A stretch of 32,000 nucleotides of DNA from Idiomarina loihiensis L2TR (GTDB lineage Bacteria; Pseudomonadota; Gammaproteobacteria; Enterobacterales; Alteromonadaceae): NCBI RefSeq assembly GCF_000008465.1, contig NC_006512.1, positions 1,440,001 to 1,472,000 of the forward strand. The letters are read 5' to 3'. The notes under the pieces are model-generated. The model saw nothing but the letters and a program-made list of their open reading frames with translations, was not told the origin of the DNA and did not search any database. The first letter of the stretch is position 1. Each line of letters begins with the position of its first letter. Of this stretch, positions 7,813 through 17,675 are shown one piece after another. Made by a program: the position numbers and the translations under genes.

Positions 7813-10764
7813 ATGAAAAGAATGCTAATTAATGCCACGCAATTAGAAGAGTTGCGTGTTGCGCTGGTTGACGGCCAGCGCCTTTACGATTTAGATATTG
7901 AAAGCCCTGGTCACGAACAGAAAAAAGCAAACATATATAAAGGCAAAATCACACGCATAGAGCCAAGTCTCGAAGCTGCCTTTGTCGATTATGGCGCAGA
8001 ACGTCACGGCTTCCTCCCTCTTAAAGAAATAGCTAAAACCTATTTTCCGCAAGGTTATACCTTCCAGGGTCGCCCCAACATCAAAGATGTGGTTAAAGAA
8101 GGCCAGGAAGTTATTGTTCAAATAGACAAAGAAGAGCGAGGCCAAAAAGGCGCCGCCTTAACTACCTTTGTTTCCCTGGCTGGCAGCTATTTGGTGCTCA
8201 TGCCGAACAACCCCCGAGCCGGTGGTATATCTCGCCGTATTGAGGGCGATGAACGTTCAGCACTAAAAGAAGCGCTATCTGACCTCAATGTTCCGAAAGA
8301 AATGGGACTGATCGTCCGTACCGCCGGTGTAGGCAAGTCAAAAGAAGAGCTCGAGTGGGACTTGAATGTTCTGCTTAACCATTGGGAAGCCATTAGCAAA
8401 GCTGCAGACGAGCGCCCTGCTCCTTTCCTTATTCATCAGGAAAGCAACGTTATTTTCCGTGCCTTACGCGATTACCTGCGCCGAGACATCGGTGAAGTTC
8501 TCATCGATAGCCCGAAAGTTTACGAGCAAGTCCGTAGTCATATACAGCTTATTCGTCCGGATTTTTTACAACGCGTAAAACAATACGAAGGCGATGTTCC
8601 GCTTTTCAGTCACTACCAGATTGAAAGCCAAATTGAATCTGCATTCCAGCGCGAAGTCCGCCTTCCGTCAGGTGGTTCAATTGTTATCGACCCAACCGAA
8701 GCACTGACATCCATCGATATTAACTCGTCACGTGCAACTAAAGGTGGCGATATCGAAGAAACGGCATTGCAGACCAACCTTGAAGCAGCCGAAGAAATAG
8801 CACGTCAGTTGCGTTTACGCGACGTTGGCGGCTTAGTGGTTATCGACTTTATTGATATGACCCCTGCCCGCCATCAACGTGATGTTGAAAATCGTTTACG
8901 CGATAGCTTATCTCAGGACAGAGCGCGTATTCAGGTAGCCCGCATTTCGCGCTTTGGCTTGATGGAAATGTCTCGTCAGCGTTTACGTCCTTCGCTGGGC
9001 GAATCAGCAAACAATGTTTGCCCTCGTTGTAATGGTCAGGGAACCATACGTTCGAGCGATTCTTTAGCTCTGTCGATCTTGCGCTTGATTGAAGAAGAAG
9101 CCATTAAAGACAACACCATTCAGGTGCATGCTCAGGTTCCGGTCGATGTCGCAACTTATTTGCTCAATGAAAAGCGTCAATCCGTAAATCATATTGAAAA
9201 GCGTCATAACGTGAAAATCGTTATTATCCCGAATCACCATATGGAAACACCTCACTTTGAAGTGTTACGTATTCGTGATGACGAAGTTCCGGAATCGGCC
9301 AGTTTTGAGTTGGTGCAAAAACCGGAGCAAACTGAATCTACGGTTTCTATTACTTTGACTCAGGATAAAGCTAAATTTGAAGAGCCTGCATTAAAAGGCC
9401 TTCAGGCACCGAGTGCAGCTCCTACGCCAGCACCGGCTCCTAAAGTTGAAGAGAAAAAAGCAGCTCAACCATCCTTGTTGAGTCGTTTAGCGACTTGGTT
9501 CTCTGGCTTATTTGGTTCAGATGAAGCACAGAAACAGGCTGAAGCTGAGAAAGAAAAAGAACGCAATGCTCAGAACCAGCGGAATCAGCAACGTCGTGGC
9601 CGTAATCGCCGCTCAGGAAACCGCCAGCAGCGAGGCCGCAACCAGTCAGCGGGTAAGGACAAGGAAGCCAGTAAAGAAAACACCTCTGCAGCTACAGAAG
9701 ATAAATCAACGGAATCTCGCGATGACGCAGGTAACCGTAATAGTCGCAACCGTAACGATCGCAGACGTCGTGGCCGCAGCAATAAAAATCAGCAGCAGCC
9801 AAAACCAGAAGCGGTTAAGAACGAGCAAGTTGATAGCCCGGCTGAAGCAGAAAAGCCAAAAGAGGCTAAAGCTGTTCAGGATAAACCTCGTCGTCAACGT
9901 AAGCCGATTGAAAAATCCGTTCGCGTTTCATCGACTGGCGATTCAGTAGAAGCTAAAGAACCAACGCAGCCAGCTCAAAAGGCTGTTGATGCGTCGACTG
10001 ATGGTGCAGATACTCAGAAGCCAACCCAGGCTAAAGAGAAAACTGCAAAGCAATCTGGTTCTGACAAGAGCGAGAATAAAGCAATTTCTGATAAGGTGCT
10101 GGATCCGCGTATGCAGGCAGCTGCTGAGTTGGTACAAAATCAGACTCAATCTGCGACTCCGGCAGAACAGAGCGAAGAGAAGAGCGTAGAGAAGAGTGTT
10201 GATGAGAGTACCGAAGAGAAATCGCCTCAAGCGGACACTCAAGTAACTCAACAAACTGAAACCAGTACAGACGAAACAGTACAAACGCCGGACACAACTA
10301 AACCTGAAGCTGATCCTGAAGTGGCATCTGATGACAAAGTAGAAGCATCAGTTGAGCAAGCCAGTGAAGCAGTGTCAGCTACAGAAGAGCAAAGTAATAG
10401 CTCTGAAACGCCTGAAGAGCCTCCAAAGCCAACTGAGACAGAAGACACTGTTGAAGAAAAGCCAGAGCCTAAGGCTGAAGAGAAGAAAAGCAGAGATCGC
10501 TCTCGCCGCTCTCCTCGTCATCAACGGGCTGCGGGGCAAAAACGCAAGCAAATGAAAACCGAAGCGGTTATACCTAACCGTTCATTAAGTGGTTCATCAT
10601 TTTCTGCAATGACAAAGGCAACAGCTGAAGAACGCAAAGAAGCATTTAAGGCTCTGCCTGTAGCTTCATCAGATAATCGTCCTCAGTTTGTTAAAGACAG
10701 TCGTATCGCCAGTATTTCTCAGGCGCGTTCGACTTCTTATGCCGAAATGGCAAAATGTGACTAA
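7813..10764 (+). CDS. rne: ribonuclease E
   Basis: 983 aa. The N-terminus [30 protein letters not shown] and the first ~500 aa (S1, DNase I-like and Zn-link CPRCNGQG regions) are highly similar to E. coli RNase E. The C-terminal half is a low-complexity scaffold with a membrane-targeting helix ([14 protein letters not shown], 9472-9516) and Arg-rich tracts. Confidence 0.97.
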   Translation: MKRMLINATQLEELRVALVDGQRLYDLDIESPGHEQKKANIYKGKITRIEPSLEAAFVDYGAERHGFLPLKEIAKTYFPQGYTFQGRPNIKDVVKEGQEVIVQIDKEERGQKGAALTTFVSLAGSYLVLMPNNPRAGGISRRIEGDERSALKEALSDLNVPKEMGLIVRTAGVGKSKEELEWDLNVLLNHWEAISKAADERPAPFLIHQESNVIFRALRDYLRRDIGEVLIDSPKVYEQVRSHIQLIRPDFLQRVKQYEGDVPLFSHYQIESQIESAFQREVRLPSGGSIVIDPTEALTSIDINSSRATKGGDIEETALQTNLEAAEEIARQLRLRDVGGLVVIDFIDMTPARHQRDVENRLRDSLSQDRARIQVARISRFGLMEMSRQRLRPSLGESANNVCPRCNGQGTIRSSDSLALSILRLIEEEAIKDNTIQVHAQVPVDVATYLLNEKRQSVNHIEKRHNVKIVIIPNHHMETPHFEVLRIRDDEVPESASFELVQKPEQTESTVSITLTQDKAKFEEPALKGLQAPSAAPTPAPAPKVEEKKAAQPSLLSRLATWFSGLFGSDEAQKQAEAEKEKERNAQNQRNQQRRGRNRRSGNRQQRGRNQSAGKDKEASKENTSAATEDKSTESRDDAGNRNSRNRNDRRRRGRSNKNQQQPKPEAVKNEQVDSPAEAEKPKEAKAVQDKPRRQRKPIEKSVRVSSTGDSVEAKEPTQPAQKAVDASTDGADTQKPTQAKEKTAKQSGSDKSENKAISDKVLDPRMQAAAELVQNQTQSATPAEQSEEKSVEKSVDESTEEKSPQADTQVTQQTETSTDETVQTPDTTKPEADPEVASDDKVEASVEQASEAVSATEEQSNSSETPEEPPKPTETEDTVEEKPEPKAEEKKSRDRSRRSPRHQRAAGQKRKQMKTEAVIPNRSLSGSSFSAMTKATAEERKEAFKALPVASSDNRPQFVKDSRIASISQARSTSYAEMAKCD

Positions 10765-10800
10765 ATTGAGCTAAACGAAAGTTTAGTAAGGAAATAGGAA

Positions 10801-10831
10801 GGCCGGTAGCAACAAACTACCGGCCTTTTTT
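10801..10831. terminator. intrinsic terminator shared by convergent rne and comEA
   Basis: GGCCGGTAGcaacaaaCTACCGGCC forms a 9-bp GC-rich stem, followed by TTTTTT on the plus strand. It lies between the rne stop (10764) and the comEA stop (10853). Confidence 0.8.
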
Positions 10832-10852
10832 ATCTCTGGAGTTTACTTGCCG

Positions 10853-11173
10853 TTACGGCTTAATAGTAATAAAGGCTCGGTTTTTCTCTAAGGTTTTAGC
10901 ACCAATACCTTTTACATCAAGTAATTGCTCTACTTCGGTAAAGCCACCCAGTTGCTCTCTTAACTCGATGATCTGCTCAGCCCGTTTCTCACCGACTCCA
11001 ACCAGGACCGCCGATATCTCTTGTGCTGACCCGGTATTGATATTGACGGTTTTAACCTCTTCAGCCTGTGCTAATGGCGATAGGTTTGGTAAGGAGGATA
11101 ACGGAGTAGCTTGCGCCCCTGCTGCTAAAAACAGCGATGAGGCAACAAGTATGGAAATTAATTTTAGCTTCAT
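10853..11173 (-). CDS. comEA: ComEA-family periplasmic helix-hairpin-helix DNA-binding protein (competence DNA receptor)
   Basis: 106 aa with a signal peptide (MKLKLISILVASSLFLAAGAQA). It also has tandem HhH motifs (VNINTGSAQEISAVLVGVGEKRAEQII...LLDVKGIGAKTLEKN) typical of ComEA/YbaV. Confidence 0.8.
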   Translation of the reverse strand: MKLKLISILVASSLFLAAGAQATPLSSLPNLSPLAQAEEVKTVNINTGSAQEISAVLVGVGEKRAEQIIELREQLGGFTEVEQLLDVKGIGAKTLEKNRAFITIKP

Positions 11174-11279
11174 AGTGTCATTCCCTATTGAAAAATCACT
11201 GCGTCACTGCAGTAAAGACACTATAGCCGAAGTTTTTAGCGTTATTAGAAGATTACGACATTGCGAAGGCGTAAGTGAG

Positions 11280-11990
11280 TTATTCTCCTATAGAGGTTAA
11301 TATCTCCGCAACGCTGGCGGTTGGGTCAGCTGCCTGCGTAATGGGTCGCCCAATAACCATGTAATCGACTCCAGCCTCTATTGCGGCTTCTGGTGTCATA
11401 ACCCGCTTTTGGTCACCAGTGGCGCTGTTGGCGGGTCGGATACCCGGCGTTACAAGCTTAAATGACGTACCCAAATCATGTTTCAGCATACGAGCTTCCT
11501 GAGCAGAGCAAACCACGCCGTTCAAGCCAGCCTGCTGCGCTAGTTTTGCCAGTTTAAGTACTTGCTGTTCCGCAGTTGCCTGAATTCCGATTTCGTTTAG
11601 GTCTGAATCACTCATGCTAGTAAGTACCGTCACAGCAATTAACAAAGGTGGTTTATCAAATTGCTTTAATGCATCCCTTGCTGCGCTCATCATTTCGGTA
11701 CCGCCGCTGGCGTGCACGTTCACTATATCAACACCGATTTTAGCTGCTGAGGTTACCGCCTTAGCCACTGTGTTTGGAATATCATGAAACTTTAAATCTA
11801 AAAATACTGAAAAACCTTGCTCAACCTGCTTTTTCACCCAGTCAGGTCCAATAGCAGTAAACAATTCCTTACCCACTTTAAGACCAACTTTTCCAGCTGG
11901 TAATTGACTCACTAAATTGTCAGCGGCTTCCTGTGTCTGGCAATCTAATGCAACATAAATTTTCGGTAACGCCATGTTGTTATTCACCAT
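11280..11990 (-). CDS. pyrF: orotidine-5'-phosphate decarboxylase
   Basis: 236 aa with the VALD...DLKFHDIPNTV and IGRPI motifs of PyrF. The start is ambiguous: the ATG at 11990 overlaps the lapB stop by 11 nt. The alternative ATG at 11975 (MALPKIYVALD) has GGTGA 8 nt upstream. Confidence 0.93.
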   Translation of the reverse strand: MVNNNMALPKIYVALDCQTQEAADNLVSQLPAGKVGLKVGKELFTAIGPDWVKKQVEQGFSVFLDLKFHDIPNTVAKAVTSAAKIGVDIVNVHASGGTEMMSAARDALKQFDKPPLLIAVTVLTSMSDSDLNEIGIQATAEQQVLKLAKLAQQAGLNGVVCSAQEARMLKHDLGTSFKLVTPGIRPANSATGDQKRVMTPEAAIEAGVDYMVIGRPITQAADPTASVAEILTSIGE

Positions 11991-13137
11991 CTAATCCAAA
12001 AATAGGTTTTGTTGTTGCCCAGCTCTTACATGAAGGGCAACGCCAATATAAAGTGTGTCCAGAGAAACCACAGTGACGGCACTTATAATTGGGCCGCTGC
12101 ACTATGTGCTCGTGAACCATCTTACGCAGCCTCCGAAGGCTGTCACGTGCATTGCCCACATCAGCGGCTCGAATATGTAACCCCATTAAATGATGGAATC
12201 CGCGCATAGTCGGGTGCTGCTCTAAAACATGGGTCATAAAGTGTTCTGCGTCTTCAATACTTTGTGATTCACAGATTTTTTCTGACAATGTAATAGCGGC
12301 TGTTATCCCCGCATTGTGCTCAACGCAACTGTGTAGAAACTCGATAAAAGTATGAGTATCCGATGTTTTCTCGTAAGCTTCCTCTAGCAAAGGAATGGTT
12401 TCGCAAACGAATGATTTGTCCTGCTCGAACACCCGGGTTAAGTAATTAATAGACTCCCCATACTCCCCTTCTTTCATATGGATTTTTCCCAGGGAGAGAA
12501 CCGCTCTAACGCAATTACTATCGTGTTTAAGCGCTTTGCTGTAATGCTTTATTTTACTGGGAACATTGTCGTCTAATTCGGCAAGTTCGCAATATAGCTG
12601 AGCGAGAACGACTCGCGCGTGGCTGCTTTGCTTCGCCAGACGCAAAGCTATTTTAATGGCTTTATCCCATTCGTGCGTGGACTCATAAAGCTCAAGAAGG
12701 TGCTTTTGGCTTTTTTCCCGGAATAACTTGTAACTCTGTAAGCCTGCAAACATTTGTTCAGCGCGGTCATAGATTCCGGCAGAAAGGTAGTCTTTACCCA
12801 ACTCGTACATAGCCGTTAAGCGGTCGTGCTCAGACAGGTTGGGAAGTGACGTCAGGTTTTTATGAATTTTTATTGCGCGGTCAACTTCGCCTCTGCGACG
12901 AAATAACTTGCCTAAGGTCCAGTGAGTTTCAATGGTTTCGCTGTCGACATCCAACAGCTCAACAAATAGATCAACTGCCTTGTCGGGTTGATCTGAAAGC
13001 AACAGATTTATACCAGTCGCATACTGTTTGGAGAAACGCTTCTGCTCTTTTCGCTCTTCGGTGCGAACACTATTACGCCCCATGAACCAGCCATAGGCAG
13101 CAGCAATTGGTAGAAGCAGGAAGAGAAGCTCCAACAT
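11980..13137 (-). CDS. lapB: lipopolysaccharide assembly protein B (TPR plus rubredoxin-like zinc finger)
   Basis: 385 aa. The N-terminal anchor MLELLFLLLPIAAAYGWFMGR is almost identical to E. coli LapB/YciM. TPR repeats follow, with a C-terminal CRHCGF...WRCPSCKSW metal site. Confidence 0.92.
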   Translation of the reverse strand: MLELLFLLLPIAAAYGWFMGRNSVRTEERKEQKRFSKQYATGINLLLSDQPDKAVDLFVELLDVDSETIETHWTLGKLFRRRGEVDRAIKIHKNLTSLPNLSEHDRLTAMYELGKDYLSAGIYDRAEQMFAGLQSYKLFREKSQKHLLELYESTHEWDKAIKIALRLAKQSSHARVVLAQLYCELAELDDNVPSKIKHYSKALKHDSNCVRAVLSLGKIHMKEGEYGESINYLTRVFEQDKSFVCETIPLLEEAYEKTSDTHTFIEFLHSCVEHNAGITAAITLSEKICESQSIEDAEHFMTHVLEQHPTMRGFHHLMGLHIRAADVGNARDSLRRLRKMVHEHIVQRPNYKCRHCGFSGHTLYWRCPSCKSWATTKPIFGLDGE

Positions 13138-13143
13138 GAGCCG

Positions 13144-13404
13144 TTAACTCTCCTTGTCCAGTTTATTTAAACGCTTAACTAAACGATTATACCGATAGCG
13201 CCAGGATAAACTCGATAAGCAAAGTAATAAAATACCAACCAGAAAACCGCTACCAAAAAAGATAGCAAGCAGCGACGCAACAGCCATCTCTGTTTGCAGC
13301 ACCAGTAGATTAACAACCACGGTTTGCGGGTTCTGCGCACCAAAAGCCATTGCTAAAAGAAATATGATTAATACAGGAATGAGAATAAGCAGCTTTTTAA
13401 GCAT
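13144..13404 (-). CDS. lapA: lipopolysaccharide assembly protein A (DUF1049 inner-membrane protein)
   Basis: 86 aa with two hydrophobic helices and a basic C-terminal tail. It sits immediately upstream of lapB, matching the conserved lapA-lapB pair. Confidence 0.8.
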   Translation of the reverse strand: MLKKLLILIPVLIIFLLAMAFGAQNPQTVVVNLLVLQTEMAVASLLAIFFGSGFLVGILLLCLSSLSWRYRYNRLVKRLNKLDKES

Positions 13405-13424
13405 AATTGCTTACCTGTTAGTTA

Positions 13425-13460
13425 TAAAAAAACGGCATGCCAGTATAGCATGCCGTTTTT
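13425..13460 (-). terminator. intrinsic terminator downstream of ihfB
   Basis: AACGGCATGC (13431-13440) pairs with GCATGCCGTT (13448-13457), a 10-bp stem. It is flanked by an A-run and a T-run. On the minus strand the hairpin is followed by TTTTTTT, about 20 nt after the ihfB stop. Confidence 0.75.
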
Positions 13461-13478
13461 ATCAATCGAGCGTAAAAA

Positions 13479-13760
13479 CTAACTTAATGTATCGACCCTC
13501 TCGCGAAGCTCTTTGCCCGCTTTAAAATGCGGTACATATTTTCCATCCAATTCAACAGGATCACCTGTTTTAGGATTACGGCCAACACGAGGAGCCCGAT
13601 AATGCAAAGAGAAGCTTCCAAAGCCCCGAATTTCAACGCGCTTACCTTGCGATAAGGATTGCACCATCTGTTCGAGTATTTCTTTTACCGAAGCTTCAAC
13701 CTGCTTAGGAGGTAACTCGTGCTTCAAAGTTAACCTTTCAATCAGCTCTGATTTAGTCAT
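13479..13760 (-). CDS. ihfB: integration host factor subunit beta
   Basis: [10 protein letters not shown]...[40 protein letters not shown] is near-identical to E. coli IhfB. The track ORF begins at a TTG (13775) that lies inside the ribosome-binding site AAGGAGG. The ATG at 13760 sits 5 nt after AGGAGG. Confidence 0.96.
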   Translation of the reverse strand: MTKSELIERLTLKHELPPKQVEASVKEILEQMVQSLSQGKRVEIRGFGSFSLHYRAPRVGRNPKTGDPVELDGKYVPHFKAGKELRERVDTLS

Positions 13761-13798
13761 CATTACCTCCTTCAAATTAACTGCAACAGTGCAGTAAA

Positions 13799-15481
13799 TT
13801 ATTCGTCGTCAGTTTTTGCAGCTTTAAAGGCTTCTGCCATTGCGCTGTTAAGACCAGAACCACTGTCCTGTTGCTTATTAACGCTTTCAACCGCTTCTTT
13901 CTCTTCAACTTCGTCTTTCGCACGGATAGACAAGCTCAGAGTACGGTTTTTACGGTCAACGCCCATGAAGCGAGCTTCAATAGAATCACCAACGCTCAGT
14001 TCAGTACTTGCATCTTCAACGCGGTCGCGTGAAATGTCAGCGGCACGAACATAACCTTCAACGCTTTCAGCTAATTCAACTTTAGCGCCTTTAGCGTCTA
14101 CTTCAGTAACTGTACCTGTAACAATAGCACCTTTTTTATTGGCCGCCAGGTAGTTATTGAATGGGTCTTCTTCAAGCTGCTTGATACCCAGTGAAATACG
14201 CTCACGTTCAGCATCAACTTGCATGACTACAGCGGTAACTTCTTCACCTTTTTTGTAATCACGAACGGCTTCTTCGCCAGTAGCGTTCCAGCTAATATCT
14301 GACAAGTGAACCAAACCATCAATACCGCCGTCAAGACCGATGAAGATACCAAAGTCAGTGATTGACTTGATCTTACCAGTAACCTGCTCGCCTTTATTGT
14401 GGTTTTTCGCAAACTCTTCCCATGGGTTAGGTTTACACTGTTTAAGGCCTAGTGAAATGCGACGACGTTCTTCGTCAATTTCCAGAACCATAACTTCAAC
14501 AGTGTCGTCCAGGTTAACCACTTTAGAAGGATGAACGTTTTTATTAGTCCAGTCCATTTCTGATACGTGAACAAGACCTTCAACACCCTCTTCGATTTCG
14601 ACGAAGCAACCGTAATCAGTCAAGTTCGTAACACGACCAGTTAAACGATGCCCTTCTGGGTAACGGTTTGCGATATCAGCCCATGGATCTTCGCCTAACT
14701 GCTTAAGGCCAAGAGATACACGAGTGCGTTCACGGTCAAACTTCAATACTTTAACAGTGATTTCATCGCCAACGTTTACGATTTCACTTGGGTGCTTAAC
14801 GCGTTTCCAAGCCATATCGGTAATGTGCAATAAGCCATCTACGCCGCCTAAGTCAACGAACGCGCCGTAGTCAGTCAGGTTCTTAACGATACCCTGAACT
14901 TCCTGGCCTTCTTGCAAGTTTTCAAGCAGCTCTTCACGCTCTGCACTGTTTTCTTTCTCGATAACAGCACGGCGAGAAACAACAACGTTGTTACGTTTTT
15001 GATCAAGCTTGATAACTTTGAATTCTAAATCTTTGTTTTCCAGGTGCGTTGTTTCACGTACTGGACGTACATCAACCAGTGAACCAGGCAAGAACGCGCG
15101 AACGCCGCCTAAGTCTACTGTAAAGCCACCCTTAACCTTACCAGAGATAATACCGATAACGGTTGCATTGTCTTCGTGTGCTTTTTCCAGTTGCAGCCAT
15201 GCTTCATAACGCTTCGCTTTTTCGCGAGACAGAATGGTTTCGCCAAAGCCGTCTTCAACTGCATCAAGGGCTACGTCAACTACGTCGCCGACGCTGACTT
15301 CTAATTCACCTTCTGCATTACGGAATTGTTCTGCTGGAATCGCGCTTTCTGATTTAAGGCCGGCATCAACCAGGATCAAATCTTTTTCGATAGCAACGAT
15401 AGTACCTTTAACAATGGAGCCCGGGCGTGTTTCAACTTCCTTTAGGCTTTCTTCAAATAATTCTGCAAAATTTTCTGACAT
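13799..15481 (-). CDS. rpsA: 30S ribosomal protein S1
   Basis: 560 aa starting [31 protein letters not shown], with six S1 repeats. It is highly similar to E. coli S1. Confidence 0.98.
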   Translation of the reverse strand: MSENFAELFEESLKEVETRPGSIVKGTIVAIEKDLILVDAGLKSESAIPAEQFRNAEGELEVSVGDVVDVALDAVEDGFGETILSREKAKRYEAWLQLEKAHEDNATVIGIISGKVKGGFTVDLGGVRAFLPGSLVDVRPVRETTHLENKDLEFKVIKLDQKRNNVVVSRRAVIEKENSAEREELLENLQEGQEVQGIVKNLTDYGAFVDLGGVDGLLHITDMAWKRVKHPSEIVNVGDEITVKVLKFDRERTRVSLGLKQLGEDPWADIANRYPEGHRLTGRVTNLTDYGCFVEIEEGVEGLVHVSEMDWTNKNVHPSKVVNLDDTVEVMVLEIDEERRRISLGLKQCKPNPWEEFAKNHNKGEQVTGKIKSITDFGIFIGLDGGIDGLVHLSDISWNATGEEAVRDYKKGEEVTAVVMQVDAERERISLGIKQLEEDPFNNYLAANKKGAIVTGTVTEVDAKGAKVELAESVEGYVRAADISRDRVEDASTELSVGDSIEARFMGVDRKNRTLSLSIRAKDEVEEKEAVESVNKQQDSGSGLNSAMAEAFKAAKTDDE

Positions 15482-15595
15482 AGTAATTAACTTCGCTTAT
15501 AAATAAGACGTCCACTGAACTTCCGTATACAGCGGGGTTATTAAAATAGTCTGTTCGCTTCCTTACAACAGACGCCTAATTAAGGTCACCTGACC
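15482..15595 (-). promoter_or_regulatory. rpsA translational leader without a Shine-Dalgarno sequence, carrying GGA-loop hairpins
   Basis: No Shine-Dalgarno-like purine run precedes the ATG (..AAGCGAAGTTAATTACTATG). Two minus-strand hairpins each carry GGA in the apical loop. They are 15549-15573 (GTCTGTTgtaaGGAagcgAACAGAC) and 15512-15535 (CCGCTGtatacGGAagttCAGTGG, with one G:U pair). This matches the described architecture of the gammaproteobacterial rpsA autoregulatory leader. Confidence 0.5.
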
Positions 15596-16288
15596 CTAGC
15601 TAGTCTTTGAGAGTTTGCTGTGCGCAAACGTCAATACTTGTTCCAACACGTCCTCTATGGACGTATCAGTGGAATCCAGATACAACGCATCCTCAGCTGG
15701 CTTAAGAGGTGCCACCGAGCGATTCGTATCACGATCATCTCTTTCTTTAATTTCGTTCACTAATTGATCAATATTAGCATCAAAACCTTTTTCCTTCAAT
15801 TGCCCAAAGCGTCGTCTTGCGCGCTCTTCGGCAGAAGCCGTTAAAAAGATTTTGGCATCGGCATCAGTGAAAACAACAGTTCCCATATCACGGCCGTCGG
15901 CCACCAGACCCGGAAGCTCTTTAAACCCACGCTGGCGGCGCAGTAGAGCTTCTCTGACTCGTGGTAAAGCCGCTATTTTTGACGCCATATTACCCACTTG
16001 CTCGGTACGGATGGTCATGGTCACATCCTCGCCTTCAAGAATAATATGTGTCAATGAGCGTTCCTCTTCTGCTTCAAACTTCACATCCAGGTGCGCCGCC
16101 AAAGCCACCAGGCTTTCTTCATCTTCCGGCGTAAAATCATGGTGCAAAGCCGCTAATGCCAGTACGCGATAAATTGCGCCACTGTCCAGCAAGTGCCATC
16201 CTAGCTTTTCAGCCAATAATCGACTGATAGTTCCTTTTCCTGCCCCACTCGGCCCGTCAATCGTAATGACTGGAATATGAGTTGTCAT
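15596..16288 (-). CDS. cmk: cytidylate kinase
   Basis: [26 protein letters not shown] contains the P-loop. The start was trimmed from the track ORF (16321) to the ATG at 16288, which has AGAGGA 4 nt upstream. cmk-rpsA-ihfB is a conserved gene order. Confidence 0.95.
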   Translation of the reverse strand: MTTHIPVITIDGPSGAGKGTISRLLAEKLGWHLLDSGAIYRVLALAALHHDFTPEDEESLVALAAHLDVKFEAEEERSLTHIILEGEDVTMTIRTEQVGNMASKIAALPRVREALLRRQRGFKELPGLVADGRDMGTVVFTDADAKIFLTASAEERARRRFGQLKEKGFDANIDQLVNEIKERDDRDTNRSVAPLKPAEDALYLDSTDTSIEDVLEQVLTFAHSKLSKTS

Positions 16289-16385
16289 AAAATCCTCTAA
16301 TTGCTCTGCATTACGCAGCATTTAGCCGCGCAATTATACGCATTTGTAAAAAAATTGCATTAATCAAAGTCAGCGAGTCTAAGAG

Positions 16386-17675
16386 TTAACTGTGACAGAG
16401 CCGTGAAAACTCGGAAAAATAGTCGGGATAGGTCTTTGCACAACAACCGGGATCATTGATTGTCACTCCAGCGGAGGAAAATGCTACTAACGAAAAGCAC
16501 ATTGCCATGCGGTGATCGTCATAAGTATCAATTGCAATATGTCGCCAGTGTTTCAGCGGTTCAATGCGGAGAAAGTCCTCGCCCTCATCGACTGTGGCAC
16601 CGAGCTTTCGCAGCTCAGTTGCCATAGCATGAAGGCGGTCGGTTTCTTTAACCCGCCAGTTTGCGACATTACGAATTGTCGTCGGCTTATTTGCGAATAA
16701 AGCCAGTGGCGCGACTGTCATTGCCGCATCGGGAATATCATTAAAGTCCTGGTCAATGCCCTGTACACTTCCTGTGCCGGATACGGTCATGCTGTTTTTA
16801 CGGTAGCTCACTGACGCGCCCATGGCTTCAATGACTTCGGCGAAGCGTTTGTCGCCCTGAATCGAGTTTTTACCAACACCGATAATCTCAACCGGACCTT
16901 TACCTAACAGCGCGGCAGCCATCCAATAAGACGCAGCACTGGCATCGCCTTCGACCCAGTATTCTCCGGGCGACTGGTAGCATTGCCCGCCAGGAATAGC
17001 GTAGCACTGAGGAGAGTCTTCTTTTATCGAAATGCCAAAGTCGGACAGCATTTGCAGTGTCAGTTCAATGTAAGGTCGTGAAACCACATTCCCTTTTAAT
17101 GTCAGGGTTGAATCACCGGGCAGTAACGGCAGTGCCATCAGTAAGGCCGAGATAAACTGGCTGGATACCGAACCATCAATTTCAAAGTCACCCGGCTTTA
17201 AACCAGAAGTCATTTCTAACGGAGGGAACCCAGTCTCCCCCAGATAATTAACTCCTGCCCCACGAGGCTGTATAGCATCAATTAAGTGCTTTACAGGTCG
17301 CTCATGCATTCGGGCATCACCTTTTAACACTACCGCTTGGTGTTCGTTTTTTAATGTTGCCGCTAACACAGCTATGAGCGGCCGCATTGCCGTGCCGGCG
17401 TTTCCCAGATAGAGCTCAGAAGCCGGTTTATTCCACCCCCCTCCTAAACCATTTACCCGGGTAATGAGTTTGTCATCTTCAAAGCTCACTCCCAGTGCAT
17501 TAAGAGCTTCACGCATGCGGCTGGTGTCGTCGCTAACCAGTAAATTATGTAAGATGACGGGAGTCTGGCATAAAGCAGCCATAAGCAATGCCCGGTTAGC
17601 AATGCTTTTTGAACCGGGTAAGGTGACAGTACCGCGACAATGCTGTCGCGGCTCTAAATGAATAGAATTAACCAC
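16386..17675 (-). CDS. aroA: 3-phosphoshikimate 1-carboxyvinyltransferase (EPSP synthase)
   Basis: 429 aa with LPGSKSIANRALLMAAL near the N-terminus and class I EPSPS motifs throughout. The start is a GTG (17673-17675) that overlaps the end of hisC by 8 nt. No in-frame ATG occurs before residue ~32. Confidence 0.95.
   Translation of the reverse strand: MVNSIHLEPRQHCRGTVTLPGSKSIANRALLMAALCQTPVILHNLLVSDDTSRMREALNALGVSFEDDKLITRVNGLGGGWNKPASELYLGNAGTAMRPLIAVLAATLKNEHQAVVLKGDARMHERPVKHLIDAIQPRGAGVNYLGETGFPPLEMTSGLKPGDFEIDGSVSSQFISALLMALPLLPGDSTLTLKGNVVSRPYIELTLQMLSDFGISIKEDSPQCYAIPGGQCYQSPGEYWVEGDASAASYWMAAALLGKGPVEIIGVGKNSIQGDKRFAEVIEAMGASVSYRKNSMTVSGTGSVQGIDQDFNDIPDAAMTVAPLALFANKPTTIRNVANWRVKETDRLHAMATELRKLGATVDEGEDFLRIEPLKHWRHIAIDTYDDHRMAMCFSLVAFSSAGVTINDPGCCAKTYPDYFSEFSRLCHS

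Noticed and set aside
9512-10555. A dense cluster of about eight short overlapping ORFs (63-145 aa) on both strands.
   Set aside because: All lie inside the low-complexity, Arg/Glu/Gln/Thr-rich C-terminal half of rne. Biased codon composition suppresses stop codons in the other frames. The translated products are repetitive and nonsensical (R/S/L-rich), with no independent start signals.
13776-13798. A small hairpin, CTGCAacagTGCAG, between rpsA and ihfB as a possible attenuating terminator.
   Set aside because: The stem is only 5 bp and there is no clear U-tract, so it is too weak to call.
16333-16338. A perfect TATAAT (minus strand) in the aroA-cmk spacer as a candidate cmk/rpsA promoter -10 element.
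   Set aside because: No acceptable -35 element lies at 16-18 bp spacing (best candidates AATGCA and TAATGC). The spacer is AT-rich, so it cannot be supported from sequence alone.
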